DNA of 63,994 nt, the filler included, from Octopus bimaculoides (taxonomy: Eukaryota): the NCBI RefSeq assembly GCF_001194135.2. It is 5 parts of 5 records of this genome, joined end to end, with 100 filler letters (N's around TTAATTAATTAA, not from the genome) between each part and the next. Parts side by side here need not be neighbours in the genome. Positions count along the whole stretch, not along the records: positions 54,797 to 63,994 come from NC_068994.1; 4 more parts are not named here. One strand, 5' to 3'. The translations under genes were made by a program, and so were the position numbers. The stretch's first letter is position 1, and every line of letters begins with the position of its first letter. Shown in pieces: positions 63,735-63,994 of this stretch. The notes under the pieces were generated by a model that saw only the letters and a list, made by a program, of their open reading frames with translations, was not told the origin of the DNA and ran no database searches.

Positions 63735-63994
63735 CAGTAGTTTTATTTTTATAACGTGCTTTCACTTCACTACTGAGCGCAGCTCTGTGCACCTTGGGTA
63801 TGTGCTGTGGTTTGCTGTGGTGTTCTTATGTTTACTGTATTGAAAGTGTTTTGCGTAGAATGTGTGCAGTACCCAGTAGTGCAATTTTCTGTATGTTATA
63901 TATATTTGTAAGTCCTGGTGTTTTTGTTATGTATTTGTCTGAATATTTTTTTATTATACCTAAGGCACCTACTATGATAGGAATTGTTTCTGTT
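63735..63994 (-). mobile_element. 3' end of an R4/Dong-clade non-LTR retrotransposon that continues beyond the window
   Basis: Minus strand TETIPIIVGALGII / SDKYITKTPGLTNIYNIQKIALLGTAHILRKTLSIQ* (stop 63832-63834, one frameshift), a ~100-nt 3'UTR, then (TAA)n. Confidence 0.85.

Overview
AT-rich eukaryotic scaffold, about a tenth N-gaps and saturated with microsatellites. The SINE/LINE/mariner repertoire and microsatellite load suggest a cephalopod, most likely Octopus; this is inferred from repeat character, not from a database search. Nearly all ORFs in the supplied track are microsatellite or N artefacts. The only host coding sequence I can support is one the track missed: a minus-strand terminal exon (52355-52530) encoding a complete 6-Cys type-2 chitin-binding (CBM14/peritrophin-A) domain. 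Its upstream exons were not found in the window. The rest is transposon debris. It includes three R4/Dong-clade RLE non-LTR pieces (one near full length), a Tx1/L1-like element interrupted by a MULE, six mariner relics, hAT and MULE MITEs, and several tRNA-derived SINE families. The most unusual signals are degenerate minimal hammerhead-ribozyme motifs in Penelope-like repeat debris, several long fold-backs clustered upstream of the chitin-binding exon, a mariner built from two inverted 5' ends, and a palindromic (TAACCC)n-(GGGTTA)n block with a mirrored variant unit. I see no prokaryote-type system, CRISPR array or true tRNA/rRNA gene. Repeat boundaries are approximate unless TIRs or TSDs are quoted.
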